Part shown: piece by piece, positions 1-13,661 of the stretch
Position numbering within the stretch: the stretch's first letter is position 1
How the letters are laid out: each line of letters begins with the position of its first letter
From: Eledone cirrhosa
Lineage: Eukaryota
Direction: 5' to 3'
Length of the DNA stretch: 64,000 nt
Assembly: GCA_964016885.1 (NCBI GenBank)
Contig: OZ024747.1
Coordinates: 7,998,001 to 8,062,000, forward strand
The notes under the pieces: model-generated
What the model was told of the DNA's origin: nothing
What the model saw: only the letters and a program-made list of their open reading frames with translations
Databases searched by the model: none
Made by a program: the position numbers and the translations under genes

Positions 1-44
1 ATTATTATGATTAGCAGTTTCATTACTTCTAACACTATCATTAC

Positions 45-82
<38 letters not shown>

Positions 83-425
83 CCACCACCATCACCACCA
101 TCACCATCACCACCACCACCATCACCACCACCATTATCATTGTCATTACCATTATCATTGTCATTACCATTATCATCATCACCACCATCACCACCATCAC
201 CACCACCATCATCATCATCATCACCATCATCACCACCACCACCACCACCACCATCACCACCACCATTATCATTATCATCACCATTATCATTGTCATTACC
301 ATTATCATTGTCATTACCATTATCATCATCACCACCATCACCACCATCACCACCACCATTATCATTATCATCACCATTATCATTGTCATTACCATTATCA
401 TTGTCATTATCATTATTATCGTCAT
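1..425. repeat. (CAT)/(CAC) trinucleotide low-complexity microsatellite
   Basis: Runs of catcat/caccac/cattat; overlapping ORFs are poly-I/T or poly-P/S artefacts. Confidence 0.95.
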
Positions 426-1004
426 TAAAATTATTTTATTTATCATAAAAAAATGTTTTTATATCAGGAGAATTGTTTTCTTCCTTTCCCCTCCTTAATA
501 CTGTTTAAATCTTATCTCAGTTCTCCCCAGGGACCATTATTACAAATATTATATCTAACCCACTACTCTACACCCCATTACCCCCTACAGTTCTTATCCA
601 TGCACTACACACCACTGCCTGCTAATTATATTAATGCTCACTTTAACTGTCATCAGCAGCAGCAGCAGCAGCACCAACAACAGGAACAAGAAAAACAACG
701 TCACTATCATTACCACCACTACCACTACCACCACCACCACCACCACCACCACCATCAACACCATAACCATAACTACCACCACCATCACCCTCCTCAAACC
801 ATCAATACCACCACCACCTTCCTTACCATCATCATCACCATTGTCACCAAATACAGCAACAACAACATTACACCACCTCCTCTCTTCCTATTCTAAAATT
901 ATCCCACGTGATAAAAATGACTCCACCTTATATCTGAGGTTTGTCCTAAAAGTAAAGATGCTGATGTTTTATTTAAATGTATATTAAATGTACCTGAAAT
1001 GACA

Positions 1005-2012
1005 AGTTACCTCCTTCCAAATCTGACCCTTGCTAAGTCACAGAATGGTTCTGATGTTTTTTCCATTGATCGTAGCAATACCAGAAGTCATTTTCTGTGA
1101 GTGACCTTAGCTTGTCAGTTACAATATTTTGTATGTTTTCCACAGTCCTAAAATGTGACCCTTCAATTTCGACTTAGGGAAGATGTAGAAATCACTCAAA
1201 GCTAGATCTGGGCTATAGGGAAGATATGGAAGAGTGGGAATGGTTTTCCTCACCAGAAATTCTCTAATTGAAAGTGCTGTGTGAGCAGGTGTGTTATCGT
1301 GGTGCAGTACCCAATCTCCTGCAATGTTCTGTCAGACTTGCTGGACCTGTTTTCAAAGTCATTCCAAGACATCTTTGTAGACGATTAACTGTCTGTCCTG
1401 GAGGTAAAAATTCTTTGTAAACAACACGGTTTTCCCAAAAAAATGATAATCATTGTTTTCACCTTGGATCTGCTCATGCATGCTTTCTTCGGACAAGGAG
1501 AATCTTTCATGTGCCACTCCTAACTTTGCTGTTTTATCTCTCGATTCTACTCAAAACATTCATCTCCTGTTATGTTATTACTTTATTCAAGCGGTGGATT
1601 GACAGTATCGATAGAGGGTCGGACGCCATGCTTTCCAGCATAGTTACGTCCCTTTACGATCTGAGTTCAAATCCCGCCGAGGTTGACTTTGCCTTTCATC
1701 CTTACGGGGTCAATAAAATAAAGTACCAGTAATGCACTGGGTAATTTCTGGCCTTGTGCCTAGGGTAGAAACAGTTATTACTTTATTCAACAAATTTAGA
1801 TCAAATTTGAATCTTTCTTGCAAATCTCAACAAATTTGCAAACAGTTCACTTTTTGCTCTATAGACAAATGTTTGAGCTCTAATTTGACACATTTTTTGC
1901 ATGTTAAGATTCTGTGAACTGCATTTTTATCTAAGACTGTTTCTTCTGCAATCATCTTAACACTTACTTGGTGATCTTTTGCCATGTGCTGTGATACTAT
2001 GTTGCACGCCAC
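1005..2012 (-). pseudogene. Decayed mariner (Tc1/mariner, DD34D-type) transposase, split by a SINE
   Basis: Minus-strand translation gives VKMIAEETVLDKNAVHRIL...LSIEQKVNCLQIC (ORF 1827-2012), and further downstream KKACMSRSKVKTMII, PPGQTVN, WVLHHDNTPAHTA and PYSPDLA motifs; many stops and frameshifts. Confidence 0.85.
1591..1773 (+). mobile_element. Full-length tRNA-derived SINE with MetaSINE-like central domain (family A)
   Basis: B-box GAGTTCAAATCCC; central GCCTTTCATCCTTACGGGGTCAATAAAATAAAGTACCAG; 17-bp TSD GTTATTACTTTATTCAA at 1574-1590 and 1774-1790. Confidence 0.9.
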
Positions 2013-2059
2013 ATTTTTTCCATCGATAGGGGTATTTTACCGAATTTTCTAAGCTGTTA

Positions 2060-2337
2060 CAGGTAAAATTCCGTTATAACAAATGCCACTATAATAAATT
2101 TTTCAGTATAACAAACTTTTTTTCGATCCCCGAGGTAATAACAAATAAACGCTTGATTTGTTTCGGTTGATTTCATTATAAAGAATTTTTCATTACAAAT
2201 TTTTCTTATTATCATCATCATTTTACGTCCGCTTTTCCCTGTTTGCAAGGGTGGGATGGGAACTGATTCAGGCTTGGTTTCTACAGCTGGATGCCCTGGT
2301 TATATTCTGTGAATTTCGTTATAACGGAATTTCACGG
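2060..2337. mobile_element. pogo/Tigger-like MITE interrupted by an RTE 3' tail
   Basis: TIRs TA|CAGGTAAAATTCCGTTATAAC ... GTTATAACGGAATTTCACGG|TA; RTE-tail fragment (atcatcatcattttacgtccg...ggatgccc) at ~2209-2296. Confidence 0.65.
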
Positions 2338-3128
2338 TATTGATACCAAACGACTGTATTTACAGTTATTTCTGCACCTGAGTTTCTTACATTTTGTGTG
2401 TGCGTGTATATATATATATATATGCGTGTATGTGTGTGTATATATATTTATATATATAAAGATGAAAATGCACACAAACAGTATATCTAATATTATATAG
2501 TTTATAACGATAATATTAAGCAACAAATATACTCTAAATTTCAGAGATTAGAACAATATCTAACATTAAAACCTATAGATACAGTTTGTAATAATCTTGT
2601 TATAATAATATTAATTACATTAATTACTTACTATTTATCATTAAATAGTAGAAGCTTAAATCTGTTTTCTGTGATTACATCATTTATAAGTTTTTACTGT
2701 AAATATAAATTATCTAATTTTTGACTTTGTCATGGAATGCTATGATACAATTCTATGATAGAATACATTGAAAGAATGCTAGCATTTTGGTATAAAATTT
2801 AAAAATGGAAGAATCCTAGCAGTAGTCACATGACTCGATACATGAGTTTTTGGCAAAATATTATTCCTAAACATTTAAGCATGGTTTATATTTGTTAATT
2901 AGTAATTTCTCTATTGTTGTTCAGTAATGTCATCTGCAAATTGATAAGCTGAAAAAATTATAAAGTTGGGAAAATTTCTCCTGACGCATATTTCTATATA
3001 TCTAAATAGTGGAATATTTTTGTATATATAATATATATATATATATAGAGAGAGAGGGAGATTTAATAGTGTATATTATAGATAAAATATATATATATAT
3101 TATATATATATATAATATATATATATAT

Positions 3129-3162
<34 letters not shown>

Positions 3163-3242
3163 ATCTCAGCTATATTCATTCATTTTTGTAAAAAGCCGGC
3201 TGTTATTCCAATGTAATTTGATTCACATCCACACACACACAT

Positions 3243-4220
3243 ATATATGTATATATGTATATACATGTATAGGTTTGTGTATATGTGTGTATGTATATAT
3301 ATGAATATACATGTATATATGTATATACATGTATATACATGTATAGGTTTGTGTATATGTGTGTATGTATATATATGAATATACATGTATATATGTATAT
3401 ACATGTATATACATGTATAGGTTTGTGTATATGTGTGTATGTATATATATGAATATACATGTATATATGTATATACATGTATATACATGTATAGGTTTGT
3501 GTATATGTGTGTATGTAAATATATGAATATACATGTATATATGTATATACATGGATATACATGTATCGGTTTGTGTATATGTGTGTATGTATATATATGA
3601 ATATACATGTATATATGTATATACATGGATATACATGTATAGGTTTGTGTATATGTGTGTATGTATATATATGAATATACATGTATATATGTATATACAT
3701 GTATATACATGTATAGGTTTGTGTATATGTGTGTATGTAAATATATGAATATACATGTATATATGTATATACATGGATATACATGTATCGGTTTGTGTAT
3801 ATGTGTGTATGTATATATATGAATATACATGTATATATGTATATACATGGATATACATGTATAGGTTTGTGTATATGTGTGTATGTATATATATGTATAT
3901 ACATGTATAGGTTTGTGTATATGTGTGTATGTATATATATGTATATACATGCATATATGTATATACATGTATAGGTTTGTGTATATGTGTGTATGTATAT
4001 ATATGTATATACATGTATATATGTATATACATGTATAGGTTTGTGTATATGTGTGTATGTATATATATGTATATACATGTATATATGTATATACATGTAT
4101 AGGTTTGTGTATATGTGTGTATGTATATATATGTATATACATGTATATATGTATATACATGTATAGGTTTGTGTATATGTGTGTATGTATATATATGTAT
4201 ATACAGGTATATATGTATAC
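3243..4220. repeat. Minisatellite (~64-76 bp units) built from TA/TG microsatellite
   Basis: Recurrent GTATAGGTTTGTGTATATGTGTGTATG anchor. Confidence 0.9.
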
Positions 4221-4430
4221 GATAACTTTGTGTTAGATGATGATGTTGATGTTGATAACGATAATGGAGACGATTATGATAATGGTAGTGATGGTGATGG
4301 TGGTGATGATGATGATGATGGTGATGGTGATGATAATGAGGATGATGAAGATGTTGACAATGATGATGATAATTATGATAATGGTAGTGATGGTGATGAC
4401 ACGAATAATGAGGATAATTGCCATGTTGTC

Positions 4431-5544
4431 TGTCACAAAAATAATTGTCTCTACTTTAGGCACAAGGCCAGCAATCACCCAGTGCATTACTGGTACTTTA
4501 TTTTATCGACCCCAGAAGGATGAAAGGCAAAGTCAACCTCGGCGGGATTTGAACTCAGATCGTAAAGGGACGTAACTCTTTGCTGGAAAGCATGGCGTCC
4601 GACCCTTTACTGATACTGCCAATGTCACAAAATAATTGTTTCTACTTTTGGCACAAGGCCAGCAATTACCCCAGTGCATTACTGGTACTTTATTTTATCG
4701 ACCCCAGAAGGATGAAAGGCAAAGTCAACCTCGGCGGGATTTGAACTCAGATCATTAAGGGACGTAACGCTGCTGGAAAGCATGGTGTCCGACCCTTTAC
4801 TGATACTGCCAATGTCACAAAATAATTGTTTCTACTTTTGGCACAAGGCCAGCAATTACCCCAGTGCATTACTGGTACTTTATTTTATCGACCCCAGAAG
4901 GATGAAAGGCAAAGTCAACCTCGGCGGGATTTGAACTCAGATCATTAAGGGACGTAACGCTGCTGGAAAGCATGGTGTCCGACCCTTTACTGATACTGCC
5001 AATGTCACAAAATAATTGTTTCTACTTTTGGCACAAGGCCAGCAATTACCCCAGTGCATTACTGGTACTTTATTTTATCGACCCCAGAAGGATGAAAGGC
5101 AAAGTCAACCTCGGCGGGATTTGAACTCAGATCATTAAGGGACGTAACGCTGCTGGAAAGCATGGTGTCCGACCCTTTACTGATACTGCCAATGTCACAA
5201 AATAATTGTTTCTACTTTTGGCACAAGGCCAGCAATTACCCCAGTGCATTACTGGTACTTTATTTTATCGACCCCGTAAGGATGAAAGGCAAAGTCAACC
5301 TCGGCGGGATTTGAACTCAGATCGTAAAGGGACGTAACTCTTTGCTGGAAAGCATGTCACAAAATAATTGTTTCTACTTTTGGCACAAGGCCAGCAATTA
5401 CCCCAGTGCATTACTGGTACTTTATTTTATCGACCCCGTAAGGATGAAAGGCAAAGTTAACCTCGGCGGAATTTGAACTCAAACCGTAAAGGGACGTAAC
5501 GCTGCTGGAAAGCATGGCGTCCAACCCTCTACCAATACTGCCTA
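4431..5544 (-). repeat. Head-to-tail tandem array of about six family-A SINE copies (190-bp unit)
   Basis: Unit TGTCACAAAA+SINE restarts near 4431, 4623, 4813, 5003, 5193 and 5355. Confidence 0.92.
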
Positions 5545-5744
5545 ATGATTGTTATTATGGCAGTTGCTGTGATATTTGTTCTGGCTCTTTACATTCTGAG
5601 TTCAAATTTCACCTGAGATTACTTTGCCTTTCATTCTTTCAGGCTACCAGTAATACACTGCGGGTCAATGTAATTAATGTTCCCTCTCACAAGTTACTGG
5701 CCTTGTGTCTAAATTATAAATAATTAAGGTAACGATGGTTTGAG

Positions 5745-6085
5745 TAATGAGGATAATGGTGATGATGGCAATGGTGGTGGTGGTGGTAATGGTGGTGGTG
5801 TTGGTGGTGTTGGTGGTGGTGGTAATGGTGGTGATAATGGTGGAGGTGGCAATGGTGGTGGTGGCGATGGTAATGGTGATGGTGGTGGTGGTGGTGGTGG
5901 CAGTGGTGATGGTGATGGTGGTGTTGTTGGTGGTGGTAATGGTGGTGGTGATGGTTTTGGTGATGGTGGTGTTGGTGGTGGCAATGGTGATGGTGGTGGT
6001 AGTGGTGATGGTGGTGGTGGTGGTGATGGTGGTGGTGATGATGGTGATGGTGGTGGTGGTAGCAATGACAGTGGTAATGATGGTA
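5745..6085. repeat. (GGT)n microsatellite
   Basis: Direct reading. Confidence 0.95.
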
Positions 6086-6372
6086 CTGAGGAGGAGTTGA
6101 GAACAGTATAGAGTATAGCTTACCTACATGTAAGAGAAGGAGAACTAGCTGTTGTATGTTAGCTGTATATATTACCTTAACTATCACTATTCAAGAGATA
6201 CAGTTACAATCTCTGTAGGTGGCACCACCGTATGTATGGACGACACATGACAGATTTGATGTTCCAAGACATTCAGAGATCACTGAATAGCATTCATTTA
6301 TTACTGAAATTGTTTAACCACCATCATCATCATCATCATCATCATCATTATTATCATCATCATTATTATCAT

Positions 6373-6407
<35 letters not shown>

Positions 6408-6588
6408 ACATTATTATTATCATCATCATCATTATCATCATAATTATCGTTTCTTCTTCTTGATACATAAATATTGCTCACACACACACACACGCATATA
6501 TTTAGACACACACACAAGCATATATTTAGACACACACACAAGCATATACTTACACACACATAGACACAAAACATACACACACACACAC

Positions 6589-6628
<40 letters not shown>

Positions 6629-6747
6629 TATGTGATTCAAGGAATTACTGGTGATAGTACCAAAGTAAGCACTCAATGTACAGTGGGAGTGTATATATTA
6701 AGGAAAATGAAACTTCATCGTTTTCCTTAATCATCACCTCCTTAATC

Positions 6748-6778
<31 letters not shown>

Positions 6779-7193
6779 CCATCATTTTTATGCCTGTTTT
6801 TCTACACTTGCATAGGTTTAATGGGTCCTTCTCAGCACAGCATCCCTCCACACATTGCAATCCTTTGTCATCTCCTCTGTGAGTCTCAGTGATTTGAGGT
6901 CAACTCTCACAACCTCTGCCCAGGTCTTTCTTGGTCTACCTATACCACAGCATTCTTCCACTGGCATTTCCTGGCACTTCTTTACCCAACGATCATCATT
7001 CTTATCTCTCTATCTATCTATCTATCTATTGGGGGTATGTGTTACCCATATGAACTGTCTCCCCCTATTGGGGAAAATCGACTAACTTTTTAAATTGCAT
7101 TTGTGATAACATTTTACACGTTTTTATTGTATGTAAACTTCCCCCTTTGTATTTGTCCCCTTCTTTTGTGCCCCTGTGGCTAATAAAGAAACA

Positions 7194-7244
<51 letters not shown>

Positions 7245-7262
7245 ATATATATATATATATGT

Positions 7263-7535
7263 ATATAGCTAGAATTGTATCTAATAGTCTGGCTATTTCC
7301 TTTAGAGCCCAAAAAATATTTCAGCCCTTTGCAGTTTCTGACCCTCTGCAATATTCATGTAAAACCCACAATAAAGCAGTGCCCCCACATCTTGGACAAG
7401 GCTGCTGCCATACATCCATACATCTGACTTCACATCCAGAAAAAAGGTGACTCACCTGAGTGATATAAAGTCCCTGACAAACATACTTCACCTTCTGACC
7501 CACATTTTCACTTCTACTACTACAGTATCTCCCTA
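7263..7535 (+). mobile_element. Degenerate CR1/L2-type LINE ORF2 fragment; inverted near-identical copy of 11190-11459
   Basis: Aligns by eye to the reverse complement of 11190-11459 with few differences. Confidence 0.7.
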
Positions 7536-7754
7536 AGAGATGTCACCATGAAAGGACCTGTTATTTTTATCTCAAGACATTTTTTCCAATTCCAACCCGC
7601 CCGTCCCCTCAATCTATCTTATTTCTCATTCTTTCTTCTGATGAAGGACTAGCGTCCGAAACATTAAAACCCTCTTCCTGCTATTTCAAGCGTTAACCTA
7701 ATATATTCTTTCCATATACTGTACCGATTGTGTTGTTATTTCTGTTTACCTTTT

Positions 7755-7760
<6 letters not shown>
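7536..7760 (+). mobile_element. Penelope-like pseudo-LTR fragment (family H1) with minimal hammerhead
   Basis: Homologous to 15703-15925 (minus) and 40132-40202; ends in an (AT)n tract. Confidence 0.65.
7634..7669 (+). ncRNA. Minimal type I hammerhead ribozyme motif (H1)
   Basis: TCTT-CTGATGA-A-GGAC-TAGC-GTCC-GAAA-CATT-AAAA; sister copy has AAGA pairing with TCTT. Confidence 0.6.
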
Positions 7761-7815
<55 letters not shown>

Positions 7816-7820
<5 letters not shown>

Positions 7821-8018
7821 AAATGTATGACCCCGACGGCAGAGCTCAAGCCGTTTCGACGGCTATTTCTGGACCCCAGAGTTCAGAAATAGCCATTGAA
7901 ATGGCTTGAGCTCTGTCGTCGAGGTCATACATTTTCCTATTACCCACTCTACTACCCTAAGTATTGAGTACTCTGGTGTGTTATGGTCCATCTGGTTCCT
8001 TACCACAACTCCTTTGTT
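7816..8018 (+). mobile_element. Hairpin-plus-tail element (family H2) in (AT)n
   Basis: Inverted repeat ~7816-7940 around GAGCTCAAGCCGTTTCGACGGC, then tail ACCCACTCTACTACCCTAAGTATTGAGTAC shared with 36984, 48290 and 48791 copies. Confidence 0.75.
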
Positions 8019-8528
8019 ATATATATATAGTATTTATGTAAATATATATATAGTTTATTGGTGTGTAATGTTTAGTTACTATTGGTTCACCAGTTTGAGT
8101 ACTCCATGCAATGTGTGTCTGGTTGTCGATGTGGTATTGATTGTTTGGTATTACACCATAGTCGGTAGCCTAAAGTAACAGAGTGGTAATACTCATTATT
8201 ATAGCGTCGGACAGCATGGTTAGTATCATAGAGTTATGTCCCTTTACGTTCTGTGCTTAAATCCGCTGAGATTGGCTTTGCTTTTAATCCTTACGGAGTC
8301 GATAAAATATAGTACCCGTAATACACTGGGGTTGATTTAGTTGACTTTTCCCACCCAAATATTTCTGGTATTGTGCCTATAATAGATATCATTATTTTCT
8401 TGTATATATATATATATATATATATATGTATCTTTTGTGTGTTGTATGTATGTGTGTATATGCACGTATGTGTGTGTGAGTGCATGTGTGTAGGGAAATT
8501 TTACATTAGATATTTTGTTATTATTATA

Positions 8529-8812
8529 ACCGCCGAGGTTAACTTTGCCTTTCATCCTTACGGGGTCGATAAAATAAAGTACCAGTAATGCACTGGGATA
8601 ATTGCTGGCCTTGTGCCTAACGTAGAAACAATTATTTGGCATAATAATTGTTTTTACTTTTGGCACAAGGCCAGCAATTACCAAGTAAATTACTGGTACT
8701 TTATTTTATCGACCCTGTAAGGATGAAAGGCAAAGTTAACCTCTACGGGATTTGAACTCAGACCGTAAAGGGACGTAACTCTGCTGGAAAACATGGCGTC
8801 CGACCCTCCACC
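8529..8812. mobile_element. Two family-A SINE pieces tail-to-tail (8529-8632 plus, 8643-8812 minus); another diverged copy at ~8203-8385
   Basis: Same Meta-like core and GGCCTTGTGCC tail in opposite orientations. Confidence 0.8.
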
Positions 8813-9192
8813 AGACAAAATAACCAAACAGCAATGGAAGGTCTTTTTCTGCTATAATAATTTTGGTGCCGTCAACTCATGTTCTCTCAGTTTGTCACAG
8901 ACTTTGCCAGCAGCAAGATGGAACCCCCGAACCATGTGGTTGTGAATCAAACTCCTTAACCACAGAGCCATATTTGCACCTATTTATTTATTTATTTATG
9001 AATGATAGTGTTGTTATTTCCAGGTTTCCAGTGGGCCAGACTCTGATTCACTGCATTTCTGATATATTTCAGTGATAAGGAAGTTTCTGGAGCTTGATCT
9101 ACCTCAGGGGACTCCATTCATTCTTGTTTTTCTCACTGATGTATAACCGCAAAAGATATATGTATATGTGTGTGCGTGTGTGCGGGCATGTA

Positions 9193-9254
<62 letters not shown>

Positions 9255-10104
9255 TATATACATTAGTAATAATAAATACAAAAACCAAAATACAATACTA
9301 ATGATATAAATGTGTGTGTATGTGTATATATACATTTATATATATATATATATAGAGAGAGATATATATAGATTTATATATAGACACATACACACATATC
9401 TAATATACATTTATGAAAGTTTGTGCGTATATCCATTTCTCCTCCCCCCCTCTCTCATGTTTATGTACCAATCTTTTGCTCCTCCCCCTCAACCTCACTT
9501 CAGACTGTGTTTTACTACTCTTTCCATCACTCATTGGCATTCATTTATCATTTGCTCTCTCTCTCTCCCTCTTTTTCTCTCTCCTCCCCTATCTCTCCCC
9601 TCTTTTACTCTCTCCCCCTCTCTCATTTTCTCTTTTATATCTCCCCTATTTCTCCTCCCAATACTCATTCCTGTATAATTGATTCCCTCTTTATCTCCCA
9701 CTCTCTCTCTTTTAATAATTTGGAGCAATTTCTTCAATTGTCATTTAAACAATTTATAGTACAAGATGGTGATGTGGGGTGGTGTGGTGGTGTGGTGGTG
9801 GTGTGGTGGTGTGGTGGTGTGGTGGTGGTGTGGTGGTGTGTTGGAGGTGGGGGAGTGGTAGAGGTGAAGGTGTGGTAGGTGTTGTTGTTGTGGTGGTGGG
9901 GTGGTGTGGTGGTGTGGTGTTGTTGTGGTGGTGTGGTGGTGTGTTGGAGGTGGGGGAGCGGTAGAAGTGAAGGTGTGGTAGGTGTTGTTGTGGCGGTGGT
10001 GGGGTGGTGTGGTGGTGTGGTCTTGTTGTGGTGTGTTGTACATTGTGTGGCGGTGTGTGGTGTGTTGTGTGTTGATATGTTGGTGTGGAACGGTTGAGGT
10101 GATA

Positions 10105-10950
10105 GTGTGGTAGGTGTTGTTATTTTGGTAGTAATGGTGGTGTGTGGTACATTGTGGTGGTGTGGTGGTGTGTGGTAGGTGTTGTTATTTTGGTAGTAAT
10201 GGTGGTGTGTGGTACATTGTGGTGGTGTGGTGGTGTGTGGTAGGTGTTGTTATTTTGGTAGTAATGGTGGTGTGTGGTACATTGTAGTGGTGTGGTGGTG
10301 TGTGGTAGGTGTTGTTATTTTGGTAGTAATGGTGGTGTGTGGTACATTGTAGTGGTGTGGTGGTGTGTGGTAGGTGTTGTTATTTTGGTAGTAATGGTGG
10401 TGTGTGGTACATTGTGGTGGTGTGGTGGTGTGTGGTAGGTGTTGTTATTTTGGTAGTAATGGTGGTGTGTGGTACATTGTGGTGGTGTGGTGGTGTGTGG
10501 TAGGTGTTGTTATTTTGGTAGTAATGGTGGTGTGTGGTACATTGTGGTGGTGTGGTGGTGTGTGGTAGGTGTTGTTATTTTGGTAGTAATGGTGGTGTGT
10601 GGTACATTGTAGTGGTGTGGTGGTGTGTGGTAGGTGTTGTTATTTTGGTAGTAATGGTGGTGTGTGGTACATTGTAGTGGTGTGGTGGTGTGTGGTAGGT
10701 GTTGTTATTTTGGTAGTAATGGTGGTGTGTGGTACATTGTGGTGGTGTGGTGGTGTGTGGTAGGTGTTGTTATTTTGGTAGTAATGGTGGTGTGTGGTAC
10801 ATTGTGGTGGTGTGGTGGTGTGTGGTAGGTGTTGTTATTTTGGTAGTAATGGTGGTGTGTGGTACAGTGTGGTGGTGTGGTGGTGTGTGGTAGGTGTTGT
10901 TATTTTGGTAGTAATGGTGGTGTGTGGTACATTGTGGTGGTGTGGTGGTG
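10105..10950. repeat. 65-bp GT-rich minisatellite, about 13 copies
   Basis: TGTGTGGTACATTG recurs at 10141, 10206, 10271 and onward. Confidence 0.95.
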
Positions 10951-10984
10951 TGTTTTTTCGTTATTATTTACTAGTCCTGGAGGT

Positions 10985-11457
10985 TCTCTGTGTCCAATAA
11001 GATTGAAGTTGTTGATGTTCAGTTTAAACTGTTGCAAGTCATCTCTTGCATGAAAACCACAGGGAAAGAATTCCAGAGGGCTGATGTTCTGGGGAGGAAG
11101 GACTGGATGTAGTGGTTAGTATAGGGTCTGGGGAGTTGATGAGACATGAGTGCCTTAGGGAAGGTGGCATGAGGTCAGTCAGCTCCTATAGGAAGATACT
11201 GTAGTAGTAGTAGCAGTAAAAATGTGGGTCAGAAGGTGAAGTATGTTTGTCAGGGACTTTATATCACTCAGGTGAGTCACTTTTTCTGGATGTGAAGTCA
11301 GATGTATGGATGTATGGCAGCAGCCTTGTCCAAGATGTGGGGGGCACTGCTTTATTGTGGGTTTTACATGAATATTGTAGAGGGTCAGAAACTGCAAGGG
11401 CCTGAAATATTTTTTGTCTCTAATGGAAATAGTCAGCCTATTAGATACAATTCTAGC

Positions 11458-11459
<2 letters not shown>
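10985..11459 (-). mobile_element. Degenerate CR1/L2-clade LINE 3' ORF2 relic
   Basis: Minus strand encodes SFLPRTSALWNS and DLQQFKLNIN, plus a KPTIKQCPHI motif resembling RPxxEYCSHIW of CR1/L2-group ORF2. Confidence 0.65.
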
Positions 11460-11514
<55 letters not shown>

Positions 11515-11515
11515 T

Positions 11516-11548
<33 letters not shown>

Positions 11549-12197
11549 TTAACGTCCATCTTCCACAAGATATATATATATATATATTAAGTAAAAAGTA
11601 TATATGTATGTTTGTATCTATGTATATATGCATGTATATACGTATATATGTATGTATATATGTATATATGCATGTATATATCTATGTATATATGTATATA
11701 TGTCAATGTATGCATGTATGTATACATTGACATATATACACATTCACACATATACTCATTGAATCACTAAAGATAGCAATACATTAAAGAGTGACATCCA
11801 ACATGGAACATGTAGATTATATTATATAGCAGAGTTCAGTGAAGAAAACAGTTATAATGTCTGTAATGCAATGCAAAATGAAATTGCTTGATTTGAATCA
11901 TGTAAACAGTTCTATGGAATGTAACCAATATAAGGACAGCTGAACAGAACTTTCTTCCAGATTCTATGAAAAATCTAAATCATAGATTACATTTTACTGA
12001 TATTCTCTGGCATCGTGTCTATCTTGTCTTTTAAACTACCAAATCTCATTGCAGTTATTGCTGCCTATTTATATTTATCTTGCATATTTGATTTAGCCTA
12101 CATCTTACTTCCTTCTCTTACGTTATATCTTCTGCACACAATTCTGTGACAAATCACATGATATCATCCACTTCTTTTATTATTTACTCTTCTTCCC

Positions 12198-12425
12198 CAC
12201 CACCACCACCACCACCACCACCACCATCACCACCACCACCACCACCATCACCACCATCACCACCACCACCACCACCACCACCACCACCATCACCACCACC
12301 ACCACCACCACCACCATCACCACCACCACCACCACCACCACCACCACCACCACCACCATCACCACCACCACCACCACCACCACCACCACCACCACCACCA
12401 CCACCACCACCACCACCACCACCAC
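12198..12425. repeat. (CAC)n microsatellite
   Basis: Direct reading. Confidence 0.95.
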
Positions 12426-12532
12426 ACACACAACACTTTCTACTACACAACTCTGGTCAATTGCATTTCACCTAGGAACATGTACATATTAATATATATA
12501 TATATATTATATATATATATATTATATATATA

Positions 12533-12572
<40 letters not shown>

Positions 12573-12922
12573 ACATATATATATATACATATATAAATAT
12601 ATATATATATATATCAGTGGCGAAGGGTAACCTGGAAAGCAGGGCATGCAGTCCAATCGCCATGGCGGAAAGTGGGGCTATGCAGCCTTACCCCCCCCCC
12701 CATTCCCTCTAAATGACCCTCCTGTTCAAAGCCGCATGTAGTGTTATCTAATGTGTGTGTATGTGTGTGTGTGTGTGTTATCTTTTTATGTGTCTACGAT
12801 TTAGTAAACAGCCAAAATTCTGCTTGCTTCAACCGACGCAATTGACCAACTCAAGATTCTATAATGCATGCACTGCATGTATTGCATGCACTGCATGCAT
12901 TGCATGCACGGACCCTTCACCC

Positions 12923-12990
<68 letters not shown>

Positions 12991-13042
12991 CATACATATA
13001 TATATATATACAATACATTCACATATATATATATATATACAT

Positions 13043-13131
<89 letters not shown>

Positions 13132-13285
13132 AATATATGTTGGTTGTATACCAACACCTCAGTATGCAGATTGGAGCACTCAACGAAGTGAAATAACAAC
13201 CCAACCAAGAACTGGGCATATCAGAGTATTGACAAAGTTAAACACCTCAACAACATGGGTACTCATCTCTACCACACTAATTCGG

Positions 13286-13340
13286 ACTGCCTGAAGAGGT
13301 GACAGCCAAAGATGGCTGTCACCGAAATATATATAGCAGT
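13286..13340 (+). ncRNA. Intact type I hammerhead ribozyme (H3) in a ~260-bp insertion between (AT)n tracts
   Basis: Stem I ACTGC/GCAGT; core CTGAAGA; perfect 11-bp stem II GGTGACAGCCA-AAGA-TGGCTGTCACC; GAAA; palindromic TATATA stem III; AUA cleavage triplet; AATAAA immediately after. Confidence 0.85.
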
Positions 13341-13661
13341 AATAAACGAAGCCAAATTTTAAACATTTGACATATTTATTTTATTTTATATATATATATA
13401 TATATATCTATCTATATATATCATCATCATCATTATCCCTGTTTAATGTCTATTTTTCCCTGCTAGCATGGGTTAGATGAGTTGTCCCATTGTGGGACAA
13501 GCCAGGTCAGATGACCATGAACTGATTCTAACTTGGTTTCTACAGTTGAGCATGACATATATATAATTATTAGTATATAATATATGTATATAAAAAGTGG
13601 GTATGTTTATTAATACAACTAGTTTTCTTGTTTGAAGAACAACTTCACAAAGCCTTTTACA

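Noticed and set aside
5714-6187. His-rich or Gly-rich protein ORFs
   Set aside because: Pure (GGT)n/(CAC)n microsatellite translation
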